From the NCBI GenBank assembly GCA_965199495.1, contig CBDASK010000003.1:1792001-1856000 (forward strand): 64,000 bases of DNA, read 5' to 3'. The notes beneath the pieces were generated by a model. That model saw only the letters and a list, made by a program, of their open reading frames with translations, was not told the DNA's origin and ran no database searches. The position numbers were made by a program, and so were the translations under genes. Positions 1 to 9,181 of the stretch are shown one piece after another (the first letter of the stretch is position 1; each line of letters starts with the position of its first letter). The DNA is from Abditibacterium sp. GTDB taxonomy: Bacteria > Armatimonadota > Abditibacteriia > Abditibacteriales > Abditibacteriaceae.

Positions 1-401
1 TCGCGCCGCTTTACGGCGGCCTGATCATTGACAATCTCACGCGCCAAGCGAGCATGGCCGTGGCTGGCACGGTGCTGGGCCAAGACCCGGCAACTTTCGC
101 GCGCGAAAAAGCCCTTGATGCGGGCAAGCAAACTCTAAGCGCCGCGCGCGAAGGCCGTTTGCGCGAAGAATTGGACAATTTGCGAATTCAAGCCCGCAAT
201 GCAGCCACGCCGATGGCGCGCAAGCAAGCGGTGGATCGGGCGCAGCAAATTGTCAAAGAATTGGCGGCGGGGGGCAAAGATACCGGCGTGTCTCTGCTCA
301 AATCGGGCGTCGCACAATTGTCGGCGTTCACGCTGCTGGTCTGGGCTTTAATCGGCCCACCAATGGGCGCGGCGTGGGAATGCCACAAAACTAAAAGATA
401 A
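1..401 (+). CDS. 3' part of a hypothetical protein, probably truncated by the window edge
   Basis: Frame is open from the window start to TAA at 399-401; hydrophobic C-terminal segment. Confidence 0.5.
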   Translation, partial: APLYGGLIIDNLTRQASMAVAGTVLGQDPATFAREKALDAGKQTLSAAREGRLREELDNLRIQARNAATPMARKQAVDRAQQIVKELAAGGKDTGVSLLKSGVAQLSAFTLLVWALIGPPMGAAWECHKTKR

Positions 402-486
402 TTGTCATCTTCACAATCGCGTTGTCTTGCCCGGCGAACTTCACTAAAATATGGGAATCTCAGCTTATCTGAGAGCTTTCTTAAAA

Positions 487-1263
487 ATGGATTTTTCTTG
501 GATAAATAGCCCCGCCGGTTGGATCGCGCTTTTGACTTTAACTTTGCTCGAAATCGTTCTGGGCATTGATAACGTCATTTTCATCTCGATATTATCGGGC
601 AAACTGCCGCTCGAACAACGCGACAAAGCGCGCAAATTAGGTTTGACGCTGGCGCTCGTCACGCGCATTTTGCTGTTGCTTGGCATCTCGTGGATCGCCA
701 AATTGACGACGCCCTTATTCGAGTTACCTTTGGCGTGGGCGGGCATGGGCGAAGAACAGCGCGGCATTTCGGGCCGCGATATTATTCTTATCGTCGGCGG
801 ATTATTTCTGCTGGCGAAGTCGGTTCACGAGATTCATCACAAACTCGAAGGCCACGATGACCCCGAATTAGCCAGCGTGGCTGCATCGTTCGCCTCGGTC
901 ATCGCACAAATTTTGGTTTTGGATGTGGTGTTTTCGCTCGATAGCGTCATCACCGCCGTAGGCATGGCCGACAACATGACGATAATGATTGCAGCCGTGA
1001 TGATCGCCATCGGTTTCATGTTAATATTCGCCGGGCCGATCTCGAATTTCGTCGAAAAACATCCAACGGTCAAAATGCTGGCGCTTTCGTTTTTGCTGCT
1101 CATCGGCATGACTTTGGTCGCCGAAGGTTTCGAGCAACACATTCCCAAAGGCTACATTTACTTCGCGATGGCATTCGCCGTTATGGTTGAACTGTTGAAT
1201 TTGCGCTTGCGCAAACCAAACGATAAAGCGGTGGAGTTGCACGAACCGGATTCGGTAGGCTAA
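487..1263 (+). CDS. TerC family integral membrane protein
   Basis: LEIVLGIDN, DVVFSLDSVITAVG and KGYIYFAMAF motifs typical of TerC; multiple TM helices. Confidence 0.92.
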   Translation: MDFSWINSPAGWIALLTLTLLEIVLGIDNVIFISILSGKLPLEQRDKARKLGLTLALVTRILLLLGISWIAKLTTPLFELPLAWAGMGEEQRGISGRDIILIVGGLFLLAKSVHEIHHKLEGHDDPELASVAASFASVIAQILVLDVVFSLDSVITAVGMADNMTIMIAAVMIAIGFMLIFAGPISNFVEKHPTVKMLALSFLLLIGMTLVAEGFEQHIPKGYIYFAMAFAVMVELLNLRLRKPNDKAVELHEPDSVG

Positions 1264-1272
1264 TTCAAACAC

Positions 1273-1310
1273 AGAAAACCCCGCCGCTCTTTCGAGCGAC
1301 GGGGTTTTCT
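1273..1310. terminator. Bidirectional intrinsic terminator between convergent TerC gene and fusA
   Basis: AGAAAACCCCGCCGCTC-TTTC-GAGCGACGGGGTTTTCT hairpin flanked by A/T tracts. Confidence 0.8.
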
Positions 1311-1326
1311 ACATTCACGCAACGAA

Positions 1327-3450
1327 CTAACGCTTGACGCCGTTGACTGCTTCCAGAATTTCGGTCTGGACATTACTCGGCACCTGCGCGTATTTGCTCG
1401 GCTCCATCGTATACGTTGCGCGGCCCTGCGTCATCGAACGCATCGAGGTCGCGTAGCCGAACAGTTCCGACAACGGCACTTCGGCCTTGACGATTTGGGC
1501 GCCGCCTTTGTCGGGACGCATTTCGACGATCATGCCGCGACGAGAACTCAGGTCGCCGATGATGTCGCCCATGTTTGCTTCGGGCGTCACGACTTCCATC
1601 GCCATGATCGGCTCCAGAATCACCGGATTGGCTTTGCGAGCCGCCTCGCGCAGACCTTCGGCACCCGCCAACTCGAACGTCATCGCGTTGGAGTCCACGT
1701 CATGATACGAGCCGTGAACTAATTCGACGCGCACGTTTTCCAGCGGATAGCCCGCGATAATGCCGCGTTCCATCGCCGCTTTGCAGCCTTTTTCGACCGG
1801 CCCCCAGAACTCGCGCGGCACCACGCCGCCGACGACTTTGCTCTCGAACTCGAACGGCGCGCGCACGCCGTCTTCGTTTGGCTCGGTCGGCATCACGTTG
1901 ATGACGATGTCGGCGAACTGACCCGAACCGCCCGTCTGCTTCTTGTGAACGTAGCGATACTGGTCAACCGATTTGGTAATCGCCTCGCGATACGCCACTT
2001 GCGGCGCGCCGATGTTGGCCTCGACGTTGTATTCGCGCTTCATGCGATCCACCATGATTTCAAGGTGCAACTCGCCCATGCCGCCGATAATCGTCTGACC
2101 GGTTTCGGCGTCGTTGCGCACGCGGAAGGTCGGGTCTTCGCCCGCCAATTTCACCATCGCGTCGGTCATCTTCTGCTCGTCGGCCTTGGTTTTGGCCTCG
2201 ATGGACTGAAAGATAACCGGCTCGGCGAAGTTGATGTTTTCGAGCAGAATCGGGTTGTTCTCGTCGCAAATCGTGTCGCCCGTGACGGTGTCGGACATTC
2301 CGATGGCGGCGACGATGTCACCGGCTTCGGCGTAATCCAAATCCTTGCGGGTGTTGGCGTGCATCTGAAGGATGCGCGAGATGCGCTCTTTCTTGCCCTT
2401 GCCCGAATTCAAGACATACGAACCCTTCTGCAAGCGGCCCGAATAAACGCGAATGTAGGTCAGGCGACCGAACTTGTCCGAGACGATTTTGAACGCCAGC
2501 GCCGAGAATGGCTCGTCGGGCGAGGGCAGACGCGAAGTCGAATCTTCCGTGCCGGGGACGGTGCCCATGATGGCGGGCGTGTCAATCGGCGACGGCAAAA
2601 ACTCGATAACCGCGTCCAACATCGGCTGCACGCCCTTGTTCTTGTAGGACGAGCCGCAGACGACGCCGATGATGTCGGTTTTGAGCGTGGCGGCGCGGAT
2701 GCCCTTGCGGATTTCCTCTTCGGTCAGCTCGACGCCTTCCAGATATTTCTCCATCAATTCGTCGTCGGCCTCGGCAGCCACGTCCACCAACTGCGCGCGC
2801 AATTCGACGGCTTTGTCCATCAAATCGGCGGGAATTTCGCTTTCCGAAAACGTCGAACCCAACTTGTCGGATTCGGTGTAGCGGACGGCTTTCATGGTGA
2901 TCAAATCAACGACGCCCGCGAAATCGGCTTCGGCGCCGATGGGAATCTGAAGCGGGACGGGATTAGCGCCCAGACGCTCTTTCAACTGGCCCACGACTTC
3001 GTAGAAGTTGGCGCCATCGCGATCCATTTTGTTGATGTAGGCGATGCGCGGCACGCCGTAACGGTTGGCCTGACGCCACACGGTTTCGGATTGCGGCTGC
3101 ACGCCGCCCACGGCACAAAACACCGCGACGAGTCCGTCCAAAACGCGCAGGCTGCGCTCGACTTCGACGGTGAAGTCAACGTGTCCGGGCGTGTCGATGA
3201 TGTTGATGGTGTGCTGGGGGAACTGCTTTTTGGAGCCGTCCCAGAAGCACGCCGTGGCTGCACTTGTAATGGTGATGCCGCGTTCCTGTTCCTGGGCCAT
3301 CCAGTCCATCGTGGCGGCTCCGTCGTGGACTTCGCCGATGCGGTGGCTGACGCCGGTGTAGAACAAAATGCGTTCGGTTGTGGTAGTTTTACCGGCGTCG
3401 ATGTGAGCAGCGATACCGATGTTGCGAGTCAAAGAGAGGTCTTTCGCCAT
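1327..3450 (-). CDS. fusA: Elongation factor G (stand-alone, outside an rpsL-rpsG operon)
   Basis: [34 protein letters not shown] and HDVDS motifs; 707 aa. Confidence 0.98.
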   Translation of the reverse strand: MAKDLSLTRNIGIAAHIDAGKTTTTERILFYTGVSHRIGEVHDGAATMDWMAQEQERGITITSAATACFWDGSKKQFPQHTINIIDTPGHVDFTVEVERSLRVLDGLVAVFCAVGGVQPQSETVWRQANRYGVPRIAYINKMDRDGANFYEVVGQLKERLGANPVPLQIPIGAEADFAGVVDLITMKAVRYTESDKLGSTFSESEIPADLMDKAVELRAQLVDVAAEADDELMEKYLEGVELTEEEIRKGIRAATLKTDIIGVVCGSSYKNKGVQPMLDAVIEFLPSPIDTPAIMGTVPGTEDSTSRLPSPDEPFSALAFKIVSDKFGRLTYIRVYSGRLQKGSYVLNSGKGKKERISRILQMHANTRKDLDYAEAGDIVAAIGMSDTVTGDTICDENNPILLENINFAEPVIFQSIEAKTKADEQKMTDAMVKLAGEDPTFRVRNDAETGQTIIGGMGELHLEIMVDRMKREYNVEANIGAPQVAYREAITKSVDQYRYVHKKQTGGSGQFADIVINVMPTEPNEDGVRAPFEFESKVVGGVVPREFWGPVEKGCKAAMERGIIAGYPLENVRVELVHGSYHDVDSNAMTFELAGAEGLREAARKANPVILEPIMAMEVVTPEANMGDIIGDLSSRRGMIVEMRPDKGGAQIVKAEVPLSELFGYATSMRSMTQGRATYTMEPSKYAQVPSNVQTEILEAVNGVKR

Positions 3451-3866
3451 GATGTTGGGGTTTCCTTGGGCCGTCTAAAAATTACGCGACGGCGAGAGTT
3501 GATTGTGAAATTGGTTGGTTACGGGCCAGTGGCCCCGGTTAGCAGACAAACAAAAACCGCAGAGAGATATTCCGTATTTGGATAGCGAGCGCACGAAGAT
3601 GAGACAAGTCGAAAAGCGAGTCGGCTTTAGATTAAGCCGTCTGCCCCGTTGTCGTCATCGTCGTCGCTGTCCATTGGATTATCTCGTCTGCGGTTTGAAA
3701 CGTTTGTCTGAAACTGTCGCGCCGCGCGTAACGCGGCACAAAACCGAGTTACATACGCGCAAAGCCGTTAAAGGTTGCGTGATTTTGTGGCGTTTGTCAA
3801 GGGCGTGGGATTCCTGATGATCTTGCGTTTTAACTTTTCTTCAGATGAATATTTTGTTTTACTGGG

Positions 3867-4169
3867 ATGATGCTTGGAACAATCCAAATTGACGGCAAAG
3901 AACTCTTGAAAGATGTGACTGTTTCCATCAGAGAGTTTGAAGATTTCGACTCACCATTGAAAGATTGTTATGGCTCTTTTCGTTTATCATCCTTTGAGAT
4001 TATACATACGCAAGAATTTGTTGAATTTTGCAATAGTGTTTATAATAACATCAGCCCTGTTAAGTTGAATTTAGAAGATGAGCATTCCTTTATTATAATG
4101 ATTGAAGATTGCCGACCCAGTGCATCTACTTCTCTTATTTACTTCAAAGTTTTAGAAGTATTAATTTAG
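3867..4169 (+). CDS. Hypothetical protein in an AT-rich patch
   Basis: 100-aa ORF in a low-GC segment; no recognised motif. Confidence 0.5.
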   Translation: MMLGTIQIDGKELLKDVTVSIREFEDFDSPLKDCYGSFRLSSFEIIHTQEFVEFCNSVYNNISPVKLNLEDEHSFIIMIEDCRPSASTSLIYFKVLEVLI

Positions 4170-4183
4170 GAATCAAGAGAAAC

Positions 4184-4564
4184 ATGACCTTCAAAACAAA
4201 AAAATTCAACAAACGTAAATTCTTTGTCTCAGCATTATCGATTGTAGCCCTCATCTCTTTGACATCGTGCGCAAAGGAAGAGAAGTCCTATACAGTTGTG
4301 TATGAAGTGACAGGAACAGCTAAAAGTGTAGATATATTTTACACGACAGATAGTGTCAACAAAGATGCTGCAAACTCAGTTTCTTTGCCTTGGACTAAAA
4401 CTGTGACCGCCAAGTCCGAAACACCAATAGCAATGGCTATTCAGAATGTATCTGATGGAGGAACCATCGAGGGTAGAATCACTGTTAACGATCAAGAGGT
4501 GAAAACTTGTAGCTCAACTGGGCCAGATTCAATTGCAGAATGTGGAGCAGGATTGTTAGAGTGA
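4184..4564 (+). CDS. Lipoprotein, MmpS-like Ig fold
   Basis: Basic N-terminus and LTSC lipobox; YEVTGT...SLPWTKTV...ITVN pattern resembles MmpS family; AT-rich. Confidence 0.65.
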   Translation: MTFKTKKFNKRKFFVSALSIVALISLTSCAKEEKSYTVVYEVTGTAKSVDIFYTTDSVNKDAANSVSLPWTKTVTAKSETPIAMAIQNVSDGGTIEGRITVNDQEVKTCSSTGPDSIAECGAGLLE

Positions 4565-4582
4565 AGTGAGAGGCTTTGCCTT

Positions 4583-4834
4583 TCATTCCGTTTTGCGGGC
4601 GCGACGCAAATTGTCCAACGTTTTGCGCGTGCCGGGATTGGCTCGATTTTCTTCGCGCGCGCGATTCGCAGCAGCCACGTCGCGTTCGTCCTCCAACTCT
4701 TCGCGTTCTTCATCTCTCAGAGTGGAAACCGCCAAACGCCGCGCGATTTCGGCTTCGACCGAAACGCCGCGCTCGGCGGCTTGCTCGCGCGGGCGCGCTT
4801 CGAGTTGCGGTTCGATTTCGATGGTGAGTGACAT
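4583..4834 (-). CDS. Small hypothetical protein, antitoxin-like
   Basis: MSLTIEIEPQLEAR...AAERGVSVE resembles RHH-type antitoxin N-termini; acidic C-terminal half. Confidence 0.5.
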   Translation of the reverse strand: MSLTIEIEPQLEARPREQAAERGVSVEAEIARRLAVSTLRDEEREELEDERDVAAANRAREENRANPGTRKTLDNLRRARKTE

Positions 4835-4843
4835 AATCTAAAT

Positions 4844-5310
4844 TTACCTTTTCGCTTTCCAATAATCCCGGAAGGCGCGCAGACGTTCCAGCGATTCGCG
4901 GTCTTTGCGGCGGTTGGCGGCTTCTTTGGAGCCGATAATATCGTCGGGATGGCAGACCATAAAACCCTCGACTTCGACGCGACGGGCCAAGCGTCTTCAA
5001 AGCGTTCGATGCCGTCGGGCGCGAAAATCAAATCTAAATCGAATGGGCCGTTTTTCAGTTGAACGAAATCTTTGCCCTGCCGAATCCACATTTGGTCGTT
5101 TTCGTCCAGCTCAAATTCGAGTTCTTCCAATGCGGACACTAATGCCTCGCCGTTTTCGGGCGACTTCTCGACGTAAACGTCGGCGTCTTGGGTTGTGTCG
5201 GGATAGCCCAACAAAATCGCGCCCGATTTGCCGATGAACAAATATTTCACGCCGTGTTTGGTGAACGTGTCGCGGATTTCCTCGGCTTGCCGATATTCAA
5301 AAGTCGCCAT
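4844..5310 (-). pseudogene. Nucleotidyltransferase-family gene with a 1-bp frameshift near 4987
   Basis: N-part has IGKSG...TQDADV (GG/DxD-like); the typical C-terminus (DDIIGSKEAANRRKDR) continues in another frame; span is 467 nt, one base short of a multiple of 3. Confidence 0.75.
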
Positions 5311-5311
5311 T

Positions 5312-5518
5312 TTATTTGCGGCTGTAACCCAACCAATCGGGCAAATTGTCTTCGCACCATTGGCGGTATTCTTCCATCGTTTCCCACGAGCGCGACGGCG
5401 CATCGTCTAAGACCGGTTTGTAGGTTTTGATGAACGCGTATTTGAAACGCTGCTTGAGCGGGCGGCGCGCGGCGGCCTCAAATTCGGCGAGCCATTCATC
5501 GGGAATCGGTTTAGACAT
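5312..5518 (-). CDS. Small hypothetical protein coupled to the nucleotidyltransferase
   Basis: 68-aa ORF whose stop lies 1 nt before the nucleotidyltransferase ATG. Confidence 0.65.
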   Translation of the reverse strand: MSKPIPDEWLAEFEAAARRPLKQRFKYAFIKTYKPVLDDAPSRSWETMEEYRQWCEDNLPDWLGYSRK

Positions 5519-5601
5519 GAAAATTTAGCTCATCGCTCCTTTTCCTCTTTGATAGTTTAACGCGCCAATTCTACGGGAGCGAATTTATTTCGCATACGTA
5601 T

Positions 5602-5621
5602 ATTTAGTAGGCTTACTAAAT
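5602..5621. promoter_or_regulatory. Candidate MarR operator palindrome
   Basis: ATTTAGTA-ggct-TACTAAAT inverted repeat 4 nt upstream of the MarR start. Confidence 0.55.
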
Positions 5622-5625
5622 TTCG

Positions 5626-6045
5626 ATGGAAGAAACTCGCATTATTTCGCGCATCGGGCGCATTCGTAAAGCGCTCAAGCGCGAGTTCGAGTTGCGGGCG
5701 GCGCCGCTCGAAATTACGTCGTCGCAGTTGCAGGTTTTGCGGCGATTGTGGCAAGGCGATGGTATCACGACTTCGGTTTTGACCTGCGAGTGCGCGTCCG
5801 ATGGCGGAACGGTGACTGGCATTTTGGATCGGCTGGAGCGCAAAGAGTTGATTCGACGCGAGCGTAGCCACGCCGACCGGCGCGTGGTGCAAATTTGGCT
5901 CACCGATGCGGGCCGCGACTTGCAAGAGCCGTTGACCAACATCATCGAAGAAATCAATCAAACGGCTCTGACGGGGTTAAATGAAAAAGAGCGAGAACAA
6001 TTAATTGAGGCGTTGGAGAAAGTCGCGGACAATCTCGATGCTTAA
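5626..6045 (+). CDS. MarR family transcriptional regulator
   Basis: wHTH with LDRLERKELIRR...DRRVVQIWLTDAG motif. Confidence 0.93.
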   Translation: MEETRIISRIGRIRKALKREFELRAAPLEITSSQLQVLRRLWQGDGITTSVLTCECASDGGTVTGILDRLERKELIRRERSHADRRVVQIWLTDAGRDLQEPLTNIIEEINQTALTGLNEKEREQLIEALEKVADNLDA

Positions 6046-6071
6046 ACGCTTCGTGCGTAATTTATGGAAAC

Positions 6072-6187
6072 CCCGTAGAGACACCGACCGGGTGCCCTTT
6101 GGGCGGATGTCTAAGATGTCAGAGTCGCAGCAACATTTACGTTTTTAGACATCCGTCCAAAGGGCACCGGGTCGGTGTCTCTACGGG
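6072..6187. repeat. REPIN-like palindromic element, family A (CCCGTAGAGACACCGAC...GTCGGTGTCTCTACGGG)
   Basis: Long inverted repeat starting with a GTAG tetranucleotide; related copies at 25107, 36750 and about 61600. Confidence 0.8.
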
Positions 6188-6219
6188 AAGGCAGCATCTC
6201 GAAGAATAGATTAAACATT

Positions 6220-7554
6220 ATGACACCCAACCAAACTTCGCCCAATCGCGTGCAATTTATGCTGCGCGCGCTGCAACATCGCAATTATCGGCTGTTTTTC
6301 GGCGGGCAACTCGTGTCGCTGGTCGGCAACTGGATGACGCAGATCGCCATGACGTGGCTGGTCTATAAGCTCACCCATTCGGCCTGGACGCTCGGTTTGG
6401 TCGGCTTTTCCGGCCAGATTCCCGCGTTTTTGCTCGGCCCGTTCGCGGGCGTTATCGTTGACCGTTTGCCGCGTCACCGTTTGTTGGTTGTCACGCAAAT
6501 TGCGGCGATGATTCAGTCGGGGATTTTGGCGATTCTAACTTTAACGAATCATATTACCGTTCCACATATCATCGTTTTAATTGTGATTCAGGGAGTTATC
6601 AACGCATTCGATATTCCGGCGCGGCAGGCGTTTGTCGTTGAAATGGTGGACAACAAAGACGACCTGAGCAACGCCATCGCGCTCAACTCTTCAATGTTCA
6701 ATCTGGCGCGTCTGGCCGGGCCTGCCGTCGGCGGCCTTCTCATCGCTGCCGTGGGAGAAGGTTGGTGTTTCGCGCTCGATGCACTCAGTTATATTGCGGT
6801 GATTATCGCTCTGTTAATGATGCGCGTGGCGCCGCACGTCACGCAGTCGAAGCGCGGCAACGCCGTGCAGGAATTGCGCGAAGGTTTGGCTTACGTGGTG
6901 AAATCGGCGCCGATTAGCGCGATTTTGATTTTGCTGGCAGCCATGAGTTTGTTCGCCATGCCCTACGGCGTTTTGACGCCGATTGTCGCGGGCAAAACTC
7001 TGGGGGGCGGCCCGAATGTTCTGGGATATTTGATGGCGGCTTCGGGTTTTGGCGCGTTGTCTGCCGCCTTGGTTTTGGCGGCGCGCGCCAGCATTCGCGG
7101 ATTGGGCCGCCAAATTCCCTATTGCGTTGCCGCGTTTGGAATTGGCTTAATTGGCTTCGGATTTTCGACCAACTTGTATCTTTCGATGGCGCTTTTGTGG
7201 GTGATGGGTTTCGCGGGCATGACGCAGATGGCTTCGTGCAACACGATTTTGCAGACGATTGTCGAGGACGCCAAGCGCGGTCGCGTGATGAGTTTTTACA
7301 CGATGGCGTTCATGGGCGTGATGCCGTTTGGCAGTCTGGGCGCGGGCGCTCTGGCCGATCACATCGGCGTTTCACACACGCTCTTAATTGGCGGCATCGG
7401 TTGCCTCGCCGTGGCTGCGTGGTTCGGCACGCGCTATCCGGTTTTGCGCGACATCGTGCGCCCGATTTACGACCAAATGGGCATTGCGCCCGCCATCGCG
7501 CGCGGTCTGGATGACGCGGCAGAATTGAATACGCCGCCGGTCAGATCAGCGTAG
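6220..7554 (+). CDS. MFS transporter (MFS_3-like)
   Basis: ALQHRNYRLFFGGQLVSLVG N-terminus; motif A GVIVDRLPRH; about 12 TM. Confidence 0.9.
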   Translation: MTPNQTSPNRVQFMLRALQHRNYRLFFGGQLVSLVGNWMTQIAMTWLVYKLTHSAWTLGLVGFSGQIPAFLLGPFAGVIVDRLPRHRLLVVTQIAAMIQSGILAILTLTNHITVPHIIVLIVIQGVINAFDIPARQAFVVEMVDNKDDLSNAIALNSSMFNLARLAGPAVGGLLIAAVGEGWCFALDALSYIAVIIALLMMRVAPHVTQSKRGNAVQELREGLAYVVKSAPISAILILLAAMSLFAMPYGVLTPIVAGKTLGGGPNVLGYLMAASGFGALSAALVLAARASIRGLGRQIPYCVAAFGIGLIGFGFSTNLYLSMALLWVMGFAGMTQMASCNTILQTIVEDAKRGRVMSFYTMAFMGVMPFGSLGAGALADHIGVSHTLLIGGIGCLAVAAWFGTRYPVLRDIVRPIYDQMGIAPAIARGLDDAAELNTPPVRSA

Positions 7555-7579
7555 GTTTACAAATTCAAGGTAATTTTCT

Positions 7580-9181
7580 ATGGCAACTCAAACACTCGCT
7601 CAAAACGTGAACGATGAAGAAGAACTCAATCCCTATCGCTGGATCATTCTGTTTGGTCTGGTCACGGCGGCGATTTTGGAAGTTCTCGATACCACAATTG
7701 TCAACGTGGCGTTGCCGCAAATGGCGGGCAATCTGGGCGCGACTTTTCAGGAGATTAGTTGGGTTTCGACCGGCTACATTTTGTCCAACGTCGTGGTCTT
7801 GCCGATGACGGCGTGGCTGGCGGCGCGCTTCGGGCGCAAACGCTATCTGGCCGCCTCGATTTTGCTGTTTATGATCGCGTCGGCGCTCTGTGGCACGTCG
7901 CGGTCGCTGGGCGAATTGGTTTTGTGGCGCATCATGCAGGGCGCGGGCGGCGCGGCTTTGCTTTCGACGGCGCAATCCACCATCCGCGAAATTTTCCCGT
8001 TTGAACAGCAGGGCATGGTGCAGTCCATTTACGTGATGGGCCTGATTTGCGCGCCCACCGTTGGGCCGACATTGGGCGGCTGGATTACCGATAATTATTC
8101 GTGGCCGTGGGTCTTTTTCGTCAACATTCCCATCGGCATCATCTCTTTTTTCACCGTCACCAGCTTTTTGCAGGACAGCAAATTTAGCGTTGACGCCGGT
8201 AAAGTGGATTGGTGGGGCATCGGATTTTTGGCGGTCGGATTGTCGTCGCTGCAATACGTTTTGGAAGAAGGCAACCGCGAAGATTGGTTCGCCAGCACGC
8301 TCATCGTGCGGCTCTCGATTGTGTCGGCCATCAACATCGCGCTGTTTCTGTGGTGGGAACTTTCGTCCAAAAACAAACAGCCGATTGTCAATCTGCGCGT
8401 CTTGAAAAACCGCGATTTGAGCGCGGCGATGGCGCTGTTTCTGGCGCTGGGCTTTGGGCTTTACGGCGGCGTTTTCATCTTCCCATTGTTCGCCCAAAAC
8501 ATCCTGCATTTCACGCCGACGATCACCGGTTTGGTGTTGATGCCGGGCGCCATAGCCACCGGCGTCGCGGCGATTCTTTCCGGGCGTTTGCTCAACGGCG
8601 CCACGCAACGCATCAGCCCGCGCTATATCATTATTTTCGGCATGATCCTGTTCATCACCTCGATGTGGGATTTGGGCCATCTCACCATTTTTAGCGGCGA
8701 ACCCGACGTGCGAATCGCGCTGATTATTCGTGGCTTTGGTTTGGGCTGTCTGTTTTCGCCGATCAATCTGGCGGCGCTTTCTTCGCTGCGAGGCGCCGAA
8801 ATCCCGCAGGGCGTGAGCCTGCTCAACCTGATGCGACAGTTGGGCGGCTCGTTTGGTATCGCGTATTTAAGCACGCACATCGCCAACATGACGCAGAGGC
8901 ATCACGCCGATTTGGTGCAAAATATCTATCCCGGCAACCCCGCCTTTGAAGAGCGCATGAGCGCCATGACGGGCGCCTTCGTCGCCCGTGGCTACGATGC
9001 CGTTGATGCGCACACGGCGGCGCTGGCCAGCATCGCGGGCATGGTTCAAACGCAAGCCGCCGTGATGAGTTATAACGACGCGTTCTTGCTCATCGGTTTG
9101 GCGACGCTCATCGTTTCGCCGTGCGTTTTTCTGTTGCGCGCCAAGTTCACCAAAGTCGCGGGCGCCGATGCTGGACACTAA
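7580..9181 (+). CDS. DHA2 (EmrB/QacA) efflux MFS permease
   Basis: LDTTIVNVALPQM, WPWVFFVNIPIG and NLMRQLGGSFG motifs. Confidence 0.93.
   Translation: MATQTLAQNVNDEEELNPYRWIILFGLVTAAILEVLDTTIVNVALPQMAGNLGATFQEISWVSTGYILSNVVVLPMTAWLAARFGRKRYLAASILLFMIASALCGTSRSLGELVLWRIMQGAGGAALLSTAQSTIREIFPFEQQGMVQSIYVMGLICAPTVGPTLGGWITDNYSWPWVFFVNIPIGIISFFTVTSFLQDSKFSVDAGKVDWWGIGFLAVGLSSLQYVLEEGNREDWFASTLIVRLSIVSAINIALFLWWELSSKNKQPIVNLRVLKNRDLSAAMALFLALGFGLYGGVFIFPLFAQNILHFTPTITGLVLMPGAIATGVAAILSGRLLNGATQRISPRYIIIFGMILFITSMWDLGHLTIFSGEPDVRIALIIRGFGLGCLFSPINLAALSSLRGAEIPQGVSLLNLMRQLGGSFGIAYLSTHIANMTQRHHADLVQNIYPGNPAFEERMSAMTGAFVARGYDAVDAHTAALASIAGMVQTQAAVMSYNDAFLLIGLATLIVSPCVFLLRAKFTKVAGADAGH

Noticed and set aside
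1945..3585. 546-aa plus-strand ORF and similar long antisense ORFs (7565-8680, 9772-11223, 12772-14037, 41471-42799, 57050-57829)
   Set aside because: They lie opposite well-supported genes and have no recognisable motifs; expected shadows of GC-biased codon usage.
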